Shown here: in pieces, positions 63,361 through 64,000 of the stretch
Numbering within the stretch: the stretch's first letter is position 1
How the letters are laid out: each line of letters starts with the position of its first letter
Assembly (NCBI RefSeq): GCF_036321535.1
Contig: NC_087472.1
Coordinates: forward strand, 82,336,001-82,400,000
Length of the DNA: 64,000 nt
DNA from: Camelus dromedarius
Lineage: Eukaryota
Direction: 5' to 3'
Translations under genes and position numbers: made by a program
The notes under the pieces: generated by a model
The model's input: the letters and a program-made list of their open reading frames with translations, nothing else
The model's database searches: none
What the model was told of the DNA's origin: nothing

Positions 63361-64000
63361 CTAGATGATTGAACCATTAACTAATATTTATTTAGCATTT
63401 GCTGTGTACCAGACAGTATGTTAAGCACATTTATATTATTTCATTTACATAATCCTTATAATAACTGTGTGAGGTGGATATTAAAGATAAAGATGTTATG
63501 ATTATTACCCATGACCACACAGCTCTTAAATGGCAGTACCCAAATGGAGACTCAGATCTGTCTGGCTTTTAGAACCCATGATCCTTTTCACCAAACCTTG
63601 CTCCTCCTAATCACATATGATCAGCATTTTCTTTACTAGTGATGAGTTCTATCAGCAGTATTTTGACATGATTCCTTTAACATAAGCCACATAAGCAATT
63701 TGAAGAAGAGATTATGTCATTTAGCTTTACCTCTTTGGAAAAGGTACTAGTCTTTTCATTTGCTTTGTCCATTATAGTAAGTAAATAGGTCCAGAGTTTA
63801 TAGAACCACAAATCATTCCTCAGAATGTTCAGCCCATCCCCCAGAGCATGTCTTTTCAAACTTACTTCTAGGCCTGATAGTCATAATCAAGATGTTTCTA
63901 GAAAGCTGTTAGCTCAAAGCACATAGCCTGAAACCATTTGCCTCAGCTCTAATCTACAAATAAAATAAATAAATAATAGTTGGACAAGATCACCAATAAC

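Overview
Mammalian genomic DNA, very likely camelid (camel or alpaca), judged from two copies of a vic-1-like tRNA-Ala-derived SINE and young L1 3' ends I recognise as camelid-type. The gene content matches the X-linked CASK locus. CASK runs on the + strand: exon 4 (24601-24678) and exon 5 (29627-29699) of the CaM-kinase-like domain are present, and the rest is intron 3, intron 4 and the first part of intron 5. Two intact single-coding-exon GPCR genes, GPR82 (39696-40706) and GPR34 (59248-60384), lie antisense inside intron 5; this nesting is already known. Most of the remainder is old L1, L2, MIR, LTR and hAT remnants, microsatellites and three N-runs. No prokaryotic-type system (CRISPR, operon etc.) is present. 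The most unusual unexplained structure is in intron 3: a ~165 bp, ~94% identical inverted duplication that matches no repeat family I recognise (7220-7386 and 8334-8498). It brackets a 947 bp cassette with a well-formed antisense exon-like unit, and may be a staggered-break inversion, an invertible cassette or a long dsRNA stem. Other leads: a nonsense change trimming the GPR34 C-terminus, a strong CTCF motif between the two GPCRs, a 74 nt hairpin that is also an inverted PU.1-like motif pair, and candidate poison exons. Family names, exon numbers and human comparisons are from recall, not database searches, and repeat boundaries are approximate.
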